Positions 12,304 to 27,112 of a stretch of DNA of 41,588 bases are shown here, piece by piece. The position numbers and the translations under genes are program-made. Each line of letters starts with the position of its first letter. Positions within the stretch are counted from its first letter, which is position 1. Source of the stretch: Bigelowiella natans CCMP2755 (Eukaryota > Protista > Cercozoa); NCBI GenBank assembly GCA_000320545.1, contig ADNK01003456.1:1-41588 (forward strand), read 5' to 3'. Below the pieces are notes generated by a model. It was not told the DNA's origin. It searched no databases and worked only from the letters and a program-made list of their open reading frames with translations.

Positions 12304-13497
12304 ACAACAACAACAACTACTACTACTACTACCACCACTAGTTCCTTACAGCACGCCTCTACTACTGTCTAAACCACTCACTTACAGTACACAAAAGCAG
12401 TTACAAGTTGCTACTACCTTGTACCACGCTTGCTGCCTTTTTCTATTACTTCTAAATTCACCATCATCATCATCATCATCATCATCAGATTCTGCATCCT
12501 CCTCCTCCTCCTCCTCTTCTCCATCATATTGTTCTCTGATGCTTCTCTGATGATGGTGATGGCGGTATTGGCGCAGCTTTTGTGCTATTATGCTCTCCTC
12601 CTCCTTTTGATTATTTTGGTCATTTTTCTTCCTAATCGTCGTTGTGGTCGTCATCCAAGATTTTGAGACTTTCCCAATAGCAAAAGGAAAGTTTGATGAT
12701 GATGATGATGATGATGATGATCTCCAAAGTGGGGGATATCCACGCTGCTCTCTGACCGTTGTCGTTGAGGCGTGGTTCATTGATATGTTATCAGATTGAC
12801 ATCATAAATAATAACATAGAAGCAGCAAACAAAGAATAAGAAGATAGTAATGCAGGGGCATCAAAAAAATTATATAAAGAAGATAATCATAAATATGCTT
12901 CTTTCTCACAATTGTAATCATTATCATCTTCATCATATTTATTTCGTGATATTTTTCTTTCTAAGCTTACAAGATAATTGTATTAGAAAATCATTCATTT
13001 ATTCATCAAAATTCTGAGGTTTGATAATATAAGCCATCATCTCTGCGAAACTTATCAAATAGTAGTACTTACTACTCATTAAAGTAGTCTCTTTCTTCAC
13101 CTCAGAAGTAGCAAGAAAAGTTGTTCACAGTCATCTTGCTAAGCTCTCTCTCATTCTCATATGTTGTAAACTATGTAGATGATTTTACTCACCGCCGATC
13201 TCTGAGCACAATTACAGGGTCATTTCGTATAAAACACGGTTGGTGGCTGCATTTCCGTGAGTTGTTTTTCTTGCTCTTATTCGTTTCCTTTTTCTTCTTC
13301 TTATGGATCTCGGGGAATGGAAGGATACCTAATCATCACATTTTTGTTGATGTCTATTTACTATGTCCTCTTATGTGATGCTGTTGCTACTCACTTAATG
13401 ACTGCTGCTGCTACTACTACTACTACTACTACTACTACGATTGTTCCCTCGTGGGAGGAGGCTAAATGGTATAAAAAGTATAATAACGAACAACAGG

Positions 13498-13534
<37 letters not shown>

Positions 13535-14890
13535 ATATGATGCGGTTGTTTGTTTCTTCCTTCTTCTTCTTCTTCTTCTTCTTTTCTTAGGAGAGGAGAG
13601 GATAATATATTATATGGCCGCTTGCTTGTTCTTCTTTTCTTCTCTTCCCTTCTCTTGCACCGCCTCCTCCTCCTCCTCCTCCTACTACTACTACTACTAC
13701 CGAGTACCGTTATGTTTTGCTTGAATTTGATCAAAATCTGGTTCCCATGGCGGTGCGTCTACAAGTAATTCGTTCTTCCAGGAGGATGAGCTGCTGGTTT
13801 TAGTATTATGAAGTTACTATTTATTTTAGCATGAAGAAGAAGAAGAAAGAAAGACTTGCATGTATCACCGACAGACATCATCATATAATCATATACTACT
13901 ACTACTACTACTACTACTACTAGTAATAGTATCTCTCTGATCAGAGGGAGGAAGGTCTAACATCATTATTGTTTTATATCACACAATGATTCACACATAA
14001 TAATACCCTCTCACAACCTCTTTGCATCATCAGTTCTCTATTGTTATTAATTTGCTCTATCTATCTATCATCACGAAGTTGGGTCATCAGTGTGTCTTAT
14101 TATACGTCATCTTCCTTTTCTTGTTCTTCTTCTTCTTCTTCTTCTTCTTCTTATTATTATTATTATGATGCAAAGGATTATGATGATTTTCTTTTATACA
14201 TCCATATTCGCACTCGATACTGTGTGCGTGTGCACGTGTGCACGTACGTAATACTACTACTACTACTACTATTACTACTTTTTCTACCATAGACTGTGCG
14301 TATGTACGTACTCTCTCTAACCCTTGTTGATTAACCAACACTACATACTACACGATAGTTATTATTGTAACGACATCATTATCTTATTAACACCTCCATA
14401 TGTCCCCCCCTTCTTCTTCATCATCCATTTCTATACGACTCAAGACAAGCTCTTCCTGTAACACAGGATAATGATACCGATAATGATGACGATGATGATG
14501 ATGATAATTATATAGAAGGGTGTAATAATAAACACTGATGCGTATTAATAGGGAATCGAGGATGATAATATTGTGCAAGAAGAAGAATACTATTCTTGAA
14601 AGAGATTAATTGAATTTAGCAGCACTGAATAGCTAACTTTCAGTATTAATGAGTAATTTATGACGATGATGACGATGACGACGACGATAATGATGATATT
14701 GATAACAGATGTGCCCACCCTCGTATGGCCATGATAATGTATAATCCAACCGTCAAAGTCGCGCATTCTGTGACATTTATATCGTCCCCTCCATACCTAT
14801 TAGTAGTAGTAGGTTGGAAGTTGTGGTCATATAATAAAGTAGGGTTAGTAATTGATGTTAAAGATATAAGAGGAAGAAGACAACAGAGAT

Positions 14891-14926
<36 letters not shown>

Positions 14927-14930
14927 ACAA

Positions 14931-14973
<43 letters not shown>

Positions 14974-15041
14974 AGGGAGGGGGGGAGAGGGAGAGGGATC
15001 ACACATTGTAGGCGAGAAGGGATCAAATAGCAACTGTTACG

Positions 15042-15079
<38 letters not shown>

Positions 15080-15097
15080 ATATTGAATATGTGAATA

Positions 15098-15136
<39 letters not shown>

Positions 15137-15414
15137 ATGTTATATGATACTACGAAGGTGTGTTTGAATATGTCACAGTTGCCTTTGCACATATAAAGAA
15201 TGTTATATTATAATATATACGCTATATTTTATTGATTTTGATGTCATTTTGTGTAAGAATAATACCGATGCTATAACACGAATATCGATATAGGCTTTGC
15301 CATCTGGAGCCTGAAGCTAGACCAACAACACACATAATAAACACATAATAATACAACAACAAACGTCCAGATAAGCTGCTTTAACCTACCGAAATCTGGA
15401 TCTTCCCAACTAGG

Positions 15415-15492
<78 letters not shown>

Positions 15493-15646
15493 TACGCATA
15501 CACATGCACATGCATACGCTTACACTGACAAATCTAGAGTAGGAATTGTTGTTTTTTAGCTAATACTATTAGTACTAGTACTACTTGTTAAGTACGATTA
15601 TTACCGTAGCTCCTCCTCTAACATCGTCGTCATTGTCATCATCATT

Positions 15647-15679
<33 letters not shown>

Positions 15680-17208
15680 TGTAAGCAGCTTGTCGTTACC
15701 ATTATCACTACCACAACTAGATCCGTCACTGCATTTTATTCCATCAATGATTTCCTGCTCATTAGGCCGATTTTCATCGTCCTTTCCCCCTTCTTCTTTA
15801 CCCTTCTTCTTCTTATTCATCGACGTTGTCTTACGTTCTCCGTTGTCCTCCTCCCCCTCTTCGTAAGTGGTATTATTTCCATATGATGACGACGATGAAG
15901 ATACCAAAGATGCTACTAGGCTACTCAGAGAAGGAGGAGGAGGAGGGTGGCCAAAATAGTAATTGAAGTCCTTATCCGGAAAGACACCAGGAAAAGAGTT
16001 GTTCAAATGCAACACTACTGCCTCGGAACCTACAGCAGCAGCAGCAGCATCAGCAGCATATCAACAACATATTTAGAAGAAGAAAAAAAACAATGTCAAT
16101 TTCAAGAAAGTACCCATTGCACACCATTACATCTTACTTGGTAGAAATATGATTAGTACTTATAACTAGTATATGATCATCAACATGATTCCTCCTCCTT
16201 TGTACCCTGATTGTATGTTTCACACGTACTACACACATATACGCACTATACGTACATACATCACACAATGGTATAATGATGATACACGCATATATATTAT
16301 ATATATATATTATATGTAGTACATACATTATACAATGCCATAATAATATACAAATTTATATCCCAAATCCCAAATACCATGGTGGTAATAGATGTAAGCA
16401 GGAATACTGATTTTTGCTGCTAGTTAATCAACACTTGCCCCCCCCCTCCCCCCCTGAGAAAGGCGCGAGTTTATCATTTTATCACTGACTCAGTCTCTCA
16501 CCGTTATGAACACGATATACAGCATTTGAAGTCTCGTATTCTCCTTCCATGAAAGGCATCAACTGTGGCAAAAAGATGATGATGGACGTATTACTATTAC
16601 TAATATTATTATAGATACACATAATAATATAATCGACTGCGAATTATTGTTGTTGTTGTTCTTCTTCTCATTAATACACTATTATTCTTCATCATACGAT
16701 ATCTCTGCGATCTTTATGGACAAGCTTACGTCCCTTGGGACCAGGATACTGACGAGGAGGTGAAGAAGAAGAAGAAGAAGAAGAGAGAGAGCGAGGATGT
16801 GAAATAGAGAATAAAATAGGTTCTTTCTGTTGTTTTCATTGTTGTATGCGTTGTGTCATGGATCTATCATCGCTAAATGCTTAATAAGCGTATTCATAAA
16901 TTGTACATACTTGTTAAAAAAGAAGAAGAAGAAGAAGAACAACAACAACACCACCACAACCACTACCAAAATTTCTCAACATAAATCACCAATATTACAA
17001 AATGAAGATACATTACCAAAATTTCTCAACATAAATCACCAATATTACAAAATGAAGATACATTACCAATATTACAAAATGGAGATACTCCGGGTTATCG
17101 CTCTTGATTCGAATAGCTGTGCGAATAATTGATTGATGATGATGATGATGGAGAAATATTTATCATATTACGCATAGTTAGTTAGTACTGGGAGGGGGGA
17201 AAAGAAAG

Positions 17209-17248
<40 letters not shown>

Positions 17249-18534
17249 GGTTGAATTGGGAGAAAATATTTACATTGTGAATAATATGTTGTTTTATGTG
17301 TGGCTGTGTACACACACACAAACACACACACACACTATCACCTATTGTCCATATTCCCAGCTGTTCTGAGTACAACTAAAGGATAATAAGAAATACATGA
17401 TAATACTGCTAATGATGATGATTATGATGATAATTGTGGAGGAGGGGATAAGACTAAAATAGGGATTAGACAACGCTGATGAGGTGAAGTAGACACAATG
17501 CAACATTTTTATCATTATATCATGGAGAGGACAAAGTAACTACAATAGTAGCTACACATATATTCGTGAATAAGTAATTATAAAATACGTGATGTTATTA
17601 GTAGTAGTAGCACCTGGACTCTTTCACCAACCCTTGGTTCCCAATTCATAGCTGCCTTGAGCTTTTCGTTTCTTCTTCCTAATCCTAGCCACTCTCCGCC
17701 ATTCTGCCCATCGCCACGATGTGCAGGAGCACTAACTAAGCCGATGAATTCTTTCTCGGTGTCAGGAAAGTCGCTGCATAAAATAACAAGGATATAAAAT
17801 CATCATTTCTCACGAAGAGAATATGTTGATGAACTTCTGATAAATGTTGCAGTAGATATCACACAGTAGTCAACCAACATAAACATGAATACATGCATAG
17901 ATTGGAAAATTGGACACTGCGGAACGAACACGAAAATAATCACACCACCACACCACCGTTGGAAAAATTTGTCATCATCATCATCATCGTACATATCAGC
18001 ATCATCGTCATCTTAGAACCCCCTCCCCCCCCACCTTTCCGCCCACTTCCACGCCTCCGTGTGCATAGTGTCCCAACGCAGATCGGGTCCTTTACTGCCA
18101 ACAGTTTCGTAGGACGAAGAAGAAGAAGAGGAACTCGTTTCTTCTTCTTCTTCTTCTTCCTCACCGTGTGGCGGCTGCGGCGTCGCTCTAGGACATCGTT
18201 CACTTTTATCTGAAATCCCACCGTGAAGTCGCCGCACTAAAGCAGCAGCAGTTTTTCTGCTCTGTAGTACTCGCTTTGTGACTGATGCATGTTCAATAAC
18301 AATGGGGTTGTTATTATCAGTGGTTCAGATAGTAGTAGCTGAAAATCATTTGATTAATTATTTTCACGTCATGCAGATAGTATAACAAAGAGAATGTATA
18401 CTTTTACGATGAGCGCTCATAATAGGCTCGTCTAATGTATCAAACTAGATATCCAGTGTAATGTATAATCTATTTTCCGTAAAAGAGTCGAAATCTTCGT
18501 CGTCGTCATCGTCGGGCGATAGTGACGATGCCTG

Positions 18535-18569
<35 letters not shown>

Positions 18570-18768
18570 TGGTTACACTACTTGCCCTTCTGCTTCAAAA
18601 CTACAACACAACTTAAAATGGACTACCCTTACCTAAGGAAGAGGGAGAGGAGGAGGAGGCCCTTGTAACAACTACTGGATGATACAATGTGTTTCGTGCC
18701 GCTGTCACCGGTGCGGTATTTATAATGGTGGCAATGGATGAACTGGCGGACATCACATTTGATGATGG

Positions 18769-18807
<39 letters not shown>

Positions 18808-18975
18808 GCAGGAGGAGGAGGAGGCCCCCCTCATCTCGACTACGGAGTGTGACTGGAGCAGAGTGTGGGTTGTTCCAACGAGAACAATTAGCAGCAGGCT
18901 GCTAAAAAGAAGGAGGAGGGGGAGGAGGGTTAGCAGCCTGGGGTGAGGCTTGCCCCTTTGCTTGCATGCCATCAT
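10145..18975 (-). CDS. Large multi-exon hypothetical protein with bipartite (signal + transit-like) presequence
   Basis: Exon 1 reads MMACKQRGKPHPRLLTLLPLLLLFSSLLLIVLVG plus a Ser-rich tract, with donor gtaagg at about 18632 spliced in phase to 18236 (VRRLHGGISD...). Further in-phase exons follow: DFPDTEKEFIG...WEPRVGERVQ, LYSEQLGIWTI, LMPFMEGEYETSNAVYRVHN, GSEAVVLHLNNSFPGVF, SWKNELLVDAPPWEPDFDQIQAKHN, EDLAFLTPSLERHLWKY. The junction near 15.6 kb and the 3' end are uncertain. No family recognised. Confidence 0.55.
16963..17088. repeat. About 50-bp tandem duplication plus partial third copy (intronic)
   Basis: taccaaaatttctcaacataaatcaccaatattacaaaatgaagatacat occurs twice, followed by a truncated copy. 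Confidence 0.85.
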
Positions 18976-19462
18976 GTTTTCGGTGGTATGTTGAGGTCGT
19001 CGGCCATGGTTATTCTTACTACCGCCGCTCCTCTTCCGAAAGCAGCCATCATCAACAAATAGCTGAGAAGAGGGGGGGCACGTGTTCTGGCGTAGCAGCT
19101 GAATAATGATGATGATGATGATGATGCATTTGTACGTGTTGTTTGTAGTATGTATTTTTGTCTAGTTGTGTTTGGTGATACAACAACAACAACAACAACA
19201 TATCTAGATATCTACAACGACAACATACACATCTACCCCCCTCCCTCCCAAACAATATCATCGTCAAGGTTCAAAAGCAACCTTTGTGACTATAACTACA
19301 TCCTCCTCCTCCTCCTCCTTCTCCTTTTTCAGGCAGAATCTATCTACTTGCTTGTTACTACTCGAGTAATAATAACCATGCTCCTCCTCCTCTCTCCTCC
19401 TCCTCCGTTTTCAGACAGAATATACCTGAGGCTTGCTTGTGACTACTCGAGTAATAATAACT

Positions 19463-20096
19463 ATGTCCTCGCAAGTAGCCACCACAGATCTCAGCAGGGG
19501 AGGACAAAAAATGCCACAAGTTCCGAGGCAAAATACAATTTTTATGAACACTGATGGTCTTGGAAGTAAGGTTAGGAGGCATGCTTATGTTTGTGATTAT
19601 TATTTACCAGAGTATTGATATTCATCATATGACTACCACTAAACATGGTATTATTATTATTATGATTCTCCTTCTTCATTACCAGACAATTGGGAAACTT
19701 GGAAGTTATGTCCTCCTCATAAATAATATCACTGGACCGGGTCTCGTAGTGTTACCATTAGCTTTTCAACGTACGTGTTACTGCCAACAATCATTATAGT
19801 TGTGCACGCGCGTATGCTGCTTGTGCAAACAGTAGCAGCAGCTTCCTTCTTACAGAATCCATTATAATTAGTTTTATTATCATTATTATTATTATTATTA
19901 TAATTATTAAACTAATCATATACTCCTCGCAGAGGTAAGTCGTTGGTTGATTTGTCAACATGATCATACAGAGAGCGGGTGGTTTGTCACGACATTCTTA
20001 ACAGTACTGTTGGGATTACTCGCAGCGGTAAATAATAACGAATCAATCAATATTCATGCTGGCTGCTGCGATTATATCAGTTGGTTGGGTCCTCCT

Positions 20097-20128
<32 letters not shown>

Positions 20129-20909
20129 CTTATTCGACATTCAAAGTAGTATCAGCCAGTAGTAATTGAGTCTACGTGTCATCATCATCCCCCACCTTAT
20201 AATAAACCCATAATGCTGCTGCTAGGTGACGTGCTGTATGATAGCCGAGTCGATGACCTGTATTCCTGGGAACGAACACTTCCAAGTAGATATTACAACC
20301 TTATTATGATGATGAGACGTTGCTATAAATTATAGATGAGATGAGGGGGGGAGGAGAAGGAAGAGCTTTGTATACTTGTTTTTCATTTATACTACGATTT
20401 TATCTCTTTTTGTGCTACTTACTTCTACTTTCGGATATATTATCTACCTCTCACAGTACTGTTATTATTAATATCAGTCTCCACTATTATTAAGCATATT
20501 ATCTGCATTCATCATTAGGGGCGTGTTGAGTTTACATATCTTGCAAAACGGTTCTTGTCAAGAAAAGCTTTCCTAGCTGTCTTGTTTCTATTCATTCTTT
20601 CTCTCGTCACAACCAACATCTCGTCGATTGTAGAGAGCGGCCAGGTAGTTATTCTTTATTTCATTAAATATAAATCATATCTTCAAAAAATTGTTAATCC
20701 GAATATTGCAATGAAACAACAATAGGTGTTAGATAAGGCTTTACTAGCTGCAGGTGCAGCATGCGCTCTAGAACTTTATCCAGACCCCAAATTCCTTTGC
20801 ATAACGGTAATAAATGAATAGTTACAAGACGACGCTACTATTATATTAGAATTTATCAGCTTTCTTTTCAGTACTATAATATAATATATATTAGGTTGTC
20901 ACGCTACAA

Positions 20910-20951
<42 letters not shown>

Positions 20952-21132
20952 GACAGACAGTCTTCTAATTATTATGTTGTATTTATTGTATAAAGGACGA
21001 TAACTCTGATTCTGGAAGCGATAGTGTTTTCGGTAGTACTACAACGAACGAACGAACGGCAACAACAACATCATCATTTGTTGTTCTTTTCCCCCCTTAG
21101 TACTTCTACTACTACTAATACATTCGAATTAA

Positions 21133-21164
<32 letters not shown>

Positions 21165-21894
21165 CTAGAGTTACATTGATTCAGTGATAATTATAATGAT
21201 AGTATTATTTAGCATGATAGTTTATGATCATCATTCTCACTTTTGCAAGCAAGTAATGTTGTGATGCCAATTACCATCCATATTGCTTCATATTTTATTA
21301 TATTATTCAGCACTGTCATCACACAACTATTCTTCTGTTTACACAGGAGATAAATACGTTATATCTGTTGGATTTCTTGCAATCCTTGTCATCTCAATAC
21401 CCCTAGGTTGTTGGTTGCTATGATGACGATTGATGATGATGATTGATGATGATAATTGTCCAAACTATAACAAATGGTGTGTGTCATCCGTAAGCAAAAC
21501 AAGTGGATACATAATAATATGTAGATTTTATGATAATATCATAATCATATGTAATAGTAGTAGTTTTATGGAAGAAGCCTTTACAATTTTGCAGAAAGTA
21601 GGAATGCTAACGAGTGATTGTTTAAACAGTTTTATCACCATCTTATCTATCTTTATTCGTTACTAATGTTCATATTAGTGATTGTTGTTACGATATGTCG
21701 TTTCATCGTTGTTAATTTGTACTTGTCGTATTGTTCCATATCCATATATTCCACATCATCCAGGATATCTGAATCTTGATGATAATATTGTCGTACAAGT
21801 TGTGTCTTTTATTGGTAAATCATACGTACGTACGTAGTACTACCTTAGTAAGGAATTCATAGTAGTACCATGTTATAAAACGATGATGATGATA

Positions 21895-21925
<31 letters not shown>

Positions 21926-23640
21926 GGGGTTGTGTTGTTGTATATATTTCATTTATTTACTCGGCTCAAATTTTGTTGTTACGATTACAGTCGTTTGACA
22001 GATCTAATGTTATCAATTGTAGTAGTTGTAAGTGGTAGTAGTAAGTAGTAATTAAGAAAAGGTCTTCTGTTTATGAAAAAGCATAATTAGTATTATGTTT
22101 GATTCGAATAATAATCAGGACTCGTTGTAATATGTACGGCATGGGTGGTATTTTTTGGCCTGGAAGGTTAGGAGTTATGATGTGCTAGTAGTAGTAGTAG
22201 TAGTAGTAGTAGTATTATCTAAAAACTGCAGCAAGCCAAGCAGATAGCAGTTGGTTAGTTACTCAATTAATTAGTCAGTAGCAGCAGCAGAGAAAAAGAA
22301 ACACAACCAACCAAAAAATACACGTAAAATCGTTTAGAAACGTGTTGCTCATGGAGGCCAACATGGACGATTTTTCATTAGCAAAATATTCACAAATCAT
22401 TATCGTTATTAGTCATCAATTTTTGCTGTACACTAAACTGATACTACTGCTACTACTACTACCACTACTACTACTATACTTCTAGCACTAAGATGATCAT
22501 CGTTATTATCTACTGTTAGACATGGCATCTGTCATTATTATTAACGTATCTGGTGCTGGCAAATAAATAAAATCTTACCTTACTCTCTTTGTTTTCTCAA
22601 AGGCATCGATGCTTCTTTGTGCCCTTCTTTTGCTTCAAATAGTGCAGCCTTTGGGTATGTGTAATGCTGATGATGATGATGCAGAATTTTAATATTTTCC
22701 TTCAATTATCAAATATATGATATATGACGACGACAAGAAAAATTGAGGCTGCTACTTACTAACTATTAGCAGTAAATAGTACCACTGCTATTAGCTACCA
22801 TTTATCTGTTACAAGCAGCAATCTTTAGAGTAGTAGATGATCATCCATCTTTTATCTTCCAACAATCTCCTGCTGCTGCTAATACTACTATAACAACTAC
22901 TACTACTACTACAACTACTGTATATGTCAACGATAACACGCACACATATCACATGTATTATAATATGTGTGACATCGGATATGTAGAAGGGTGGAAGTAA
23001 GTAAAAATGGTAGGAATGTAAGTAAGAGAGAATGGCAGAGTCTACTTGTTCAAAAATACCACCCTAAACAAGAACACCACCTATACTCCTCTTCTTCATA
23101 CATATGTAATCTATCGTATGATTTCCTATGTACTGATCTAGGTATGTTTTCTTCAACTACTCTTTTGTGATAACGGTTCCTTCATGGATCAACGAGAAAG
23201 TCAGAGATTGTTATTCATCCATAGTCATGCATGCATAATACTACTACATCATCACAAATTTTGATATTCTTGGTAGTCGTTGGTGGTTGGTGTCTATATT
23301 GGTGTTGTTCTTTCTCAAATTTTGCTTCTTTTGATTGATGCGATCTATATGATCAATCCACCACAGCGTCCAGACGTGACTGTTTCTTCTCTTATATGGA
23401 ACACCACCTTTATTGGTAGTAGTTATTCAACATTTTGTGATGACGACAGCAGCAGATGATTTGTTTCATTTCATTTAATTTTGGTAAGATTGCTATTAAC
23501 TAAAAATATCAAAATAAAAAAGTGTTTGATTCTTATGGAAAAGGAGGTCCTAATTTAGTTTATACTATGATGGATGTTTATGTAGTTGCTAAATATCCGT
23601 ATTCGTAGTTTTTAAATGGACTCATGATCATCATTCACTG

Positions 23641-23692
<52 letters not shown>

Positions 23693-24521
23693 CATGTATC
23701 TTTTCTTCAGGAATGTTATTTTTCCTCCTTGTTGGGATCCTTGGCTCTATGGCGCAAAAGTAAGTCAGGGATGATGATGTTAGATAGTACACAATGCGTA
23801 TTGTTTGGTTGATATTAACCTCACTCAAGCTCTATCTCTACTCGTTGTTGATACGATCATTGATGCTTTTCTCATCATTATTATTTTCATTCTTAAGATA
23901 TGATGGAGATGCAGACTTACTAACGGTGTTGACTGGAAAAGGTGATAGATAATAAGAAGATGGTCAGATCATGGTGTTGATGATGATGTTGATAGTAGTA
24001 GTAGTAGTTGTTGTTGTTGTTGTTGTAGTAGGTATGAACGATGATGATGTATCTAAATTTGAGGATAATAATTTATACTAGCGAGTCAGCACAAAGTCAG
24101 CAGCCAGTATAAATATCATTACTCTATTGTGTTTGGTTTCTGCTTTTGATCGATAGTAGCCATCGTCTTATCACTAGAGCTGTTTATGAAGAGAAAGAAA
24201 TTACCATTCCAATTGTTGTTTTTTATGATAAGTTTGATTTACCAATAATAGCCATTACTAACGTTCTTTACCTACATTTATGATGATTGATTGGTACACA
24301 GAGAAAGCTACTTGGATTAGAGTCCTGACTTTTAGCTTCCCTCTTTTTGCTTTGGTAATCTGATTAATATTGTGTTTGTCTGTGTGTGTGTACATCGTAA
24401 AGTTTAACATGTCCGCATTGAATAGTTGGTCGATGTTACTCCTTGATTTTACAGTACGAGTATGGTACTTGTATATTGTGTTATATTGATCTATCATCCT
24501 TTTTTACTTATGTATATTGAG

Positions 24522-24552
<31 letters not shown>

Positions 24553-27081
24553 GATATTGTATTTTGTTATAAATTCGAATATATTTGTTCATCTTACTGA
24601 TGATGGTGGGTCTCCTAATAATGACACCACACCTCCTAATTACTATGTGTGTTGTTCCCAATGTTGTTTACTTGTTGTTATGTAAACTACAACATATTTA
24701 TCTTTTGTCCGATTGTTATACTAAATCGAGGAGAGTTGTTTGTGTTCGTGATGTAGAATTCATGCTGATTTATAAATGTTGTTGGTGGAATTTGTTTGTT
24801 TGTTGTTTGTTTGAAGGTGACTTCCATCCCTGTATTTTCCATTATAATGCGGTATAATCTGCTTGAGAACCGAATATGTGGAACAAGTGCAGCTAATTTC
24901 TGGTACTAGTAGTAGTAGTAGTAGTAGTTATGTATATCATTGTGTGTGTGTGTGTGCAAGTAAACAAATGCGAGATTGGTAATCTCTCACTATGAAGAAT
25001 TGTTGCAAATAGTTAGTATTATCATGAGTACTCTACTATTTTATACGAAATAGTCGCATGATGTGTGTTCGTTCTTCATAATAAGCGTGAGATCATAGAA
25101 AATAATGCACTACTACTAGAGTAGTGTGAATAATAGTAGTAGCAAATATTAGTAGTATTGGAGTAGTAGTAGTACTCAATTTTGAATAGAAGATGTACTA
25201 AAACTTGGAAGTTTGTAGGGTAAATCAACAATTTTGAGTTACAACTTCTTAATTTTTAGTGTATTATTTTACATTTTGTGGAAGAAGGGGAGGGTAGTAA
25301 GTATCTGCAACAGATGGATCAAATTTGAGACGTACGTACTGCAAGCTTTGATTTTTTTTTCAATTGCAAATATTTGTATGTGCAGGTCCGTGTTAATGCC
25401 GTGGATGCTATCTCTTTTGGTAAACAAGTGTTTTTAGCAATAACAGCTAGTAATAATCTAATTCAGTAACTATTCAAATCATTTTAAATTGTTAAGTTGT
25501 ATTATATATTTAATTAAATAGCTAGATGAGAGGTTTAAGAGTTCGTGTAGCAGCAGCAGCAGCAGCAGCAGCACATGCCATCATCATCATCATCAAACAT
25601 AACAAGGAGCAGAAGTTCATATATGCTTCTACAACCTACTAATATTGAGAAGAAATGTATGATATTCCTCATTATAGTTTTGTGATGGTAAACAACATCA
25701 TCCATCTACTACCTGCTTGATTTATCTTTTTGCTTATATTTCTCTTTTGATTGGGTTGTTCTTCCTCCTCTTCCTCCCCCACCTTCGATCATCGGACAGG
25801 TTTATGGCGGCAACTCCATCAACTATATTTTGGCATGGGTACTACTACTACCTGCCTACTACCTACCACTACTTCTTCTCATATTTGGATCATGGATTCA
25901 TGATGATATGATACGTGTTATTAAACGTTCATGCTGAAGAATATCAAACTCATTATTATAATTATTATCATTATTAACGTTGTATTTTAATTTGCAATTA
26001 GTAGTATCGTTATTCATTACTCTAACAGAGCAATAAATGCAATGATGACGAGAGCTGTAGATAGATAGTATCAATTCTGTAATGAATTTTGCCAGTATTA
26101 CGAAGAGTCATAATTTCTAGCACTTACTCAAGCTGCTGCTATTTATTGTTACGATTTCCTTACTTAGTAGTAGTGTAGATCTGCTCCTTCAACAGTGAGT
26201 AGTAGTAGTAGTACCATATTATTGCATATTAAAGGGCCTTCTTCCTTGATGACTTACTGACTGACTAACCACTGCAGATATTACTACATAGTCTACTATG
26301 TGTATGATGAATGATTGCCTACCAACCAACCCATGATAGGCGGGTATTGTGACTGTTGGACCTCTAAACTTTGTAGTTCCTGCATGGGTATGTGTATGAT
26401 TGATATATACACCACTATTATCTATCATTCATGAGAGACGGAGATGTATGTGAACAAATAATAAAAGTACAAGAGCAGCATTATCATAATTAGAGTAAGT
26501 TCATATTGTATAGATTTTGTCCGATGATGAATCGATACATGTGATTAATTGGTTGGACCGATCACAGGTCTACCTAGTGTCAAGTAAGAGAATTAGTGGA
26601 GGAGGCACTGTAGTTCCAGAAAGGTACTATGATAGTTAGTACGTACTACTTCATTCTTATGATGATGTTGTTGTTTTTTGAGACGATGCTAATTATTCTT
26701 GTTGTTTGTATCATCTTCTGACGGTATGAAGTAACCGACGCCTAATAAGGAGAGAGAATTTATCCGCCATCATCACCAACCAAGTCTATAATAAGTAACA
26801 ATCATAGATACTATACTCACGAGCTTAAGTGTCAATTTCACTTAAAATCTCAATATCATTGTAGTATCTTACCGAATAATACTGGATTGTAATTGTTGCT
26901 TCAGTAATTTTACTTTGTTCTTTTTTCCTTCTTCATAATACGTATTATATACATATATCAGTGGGGAAATCGATGCAAAATACTCACAACTTCATATCGT
27001 AATCATTCTCAAGTAGCAGTAGTAGTAGCAGTAGTAGTGCAAAATAGACGTTGTTTTATGTTGATGGTTGACAATTAGATG

Positions 27082-27112
<31 letters not shown>

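Noticed and set aside
15680-15700. 21-nt GT-AG mini-intron (also at about 18612-18632)
   Set aside because: The first is in frame and stop-free, so it is not needed. Removing the second leads straight to a stop, whereas the long intron to 18237 gives an open frame.
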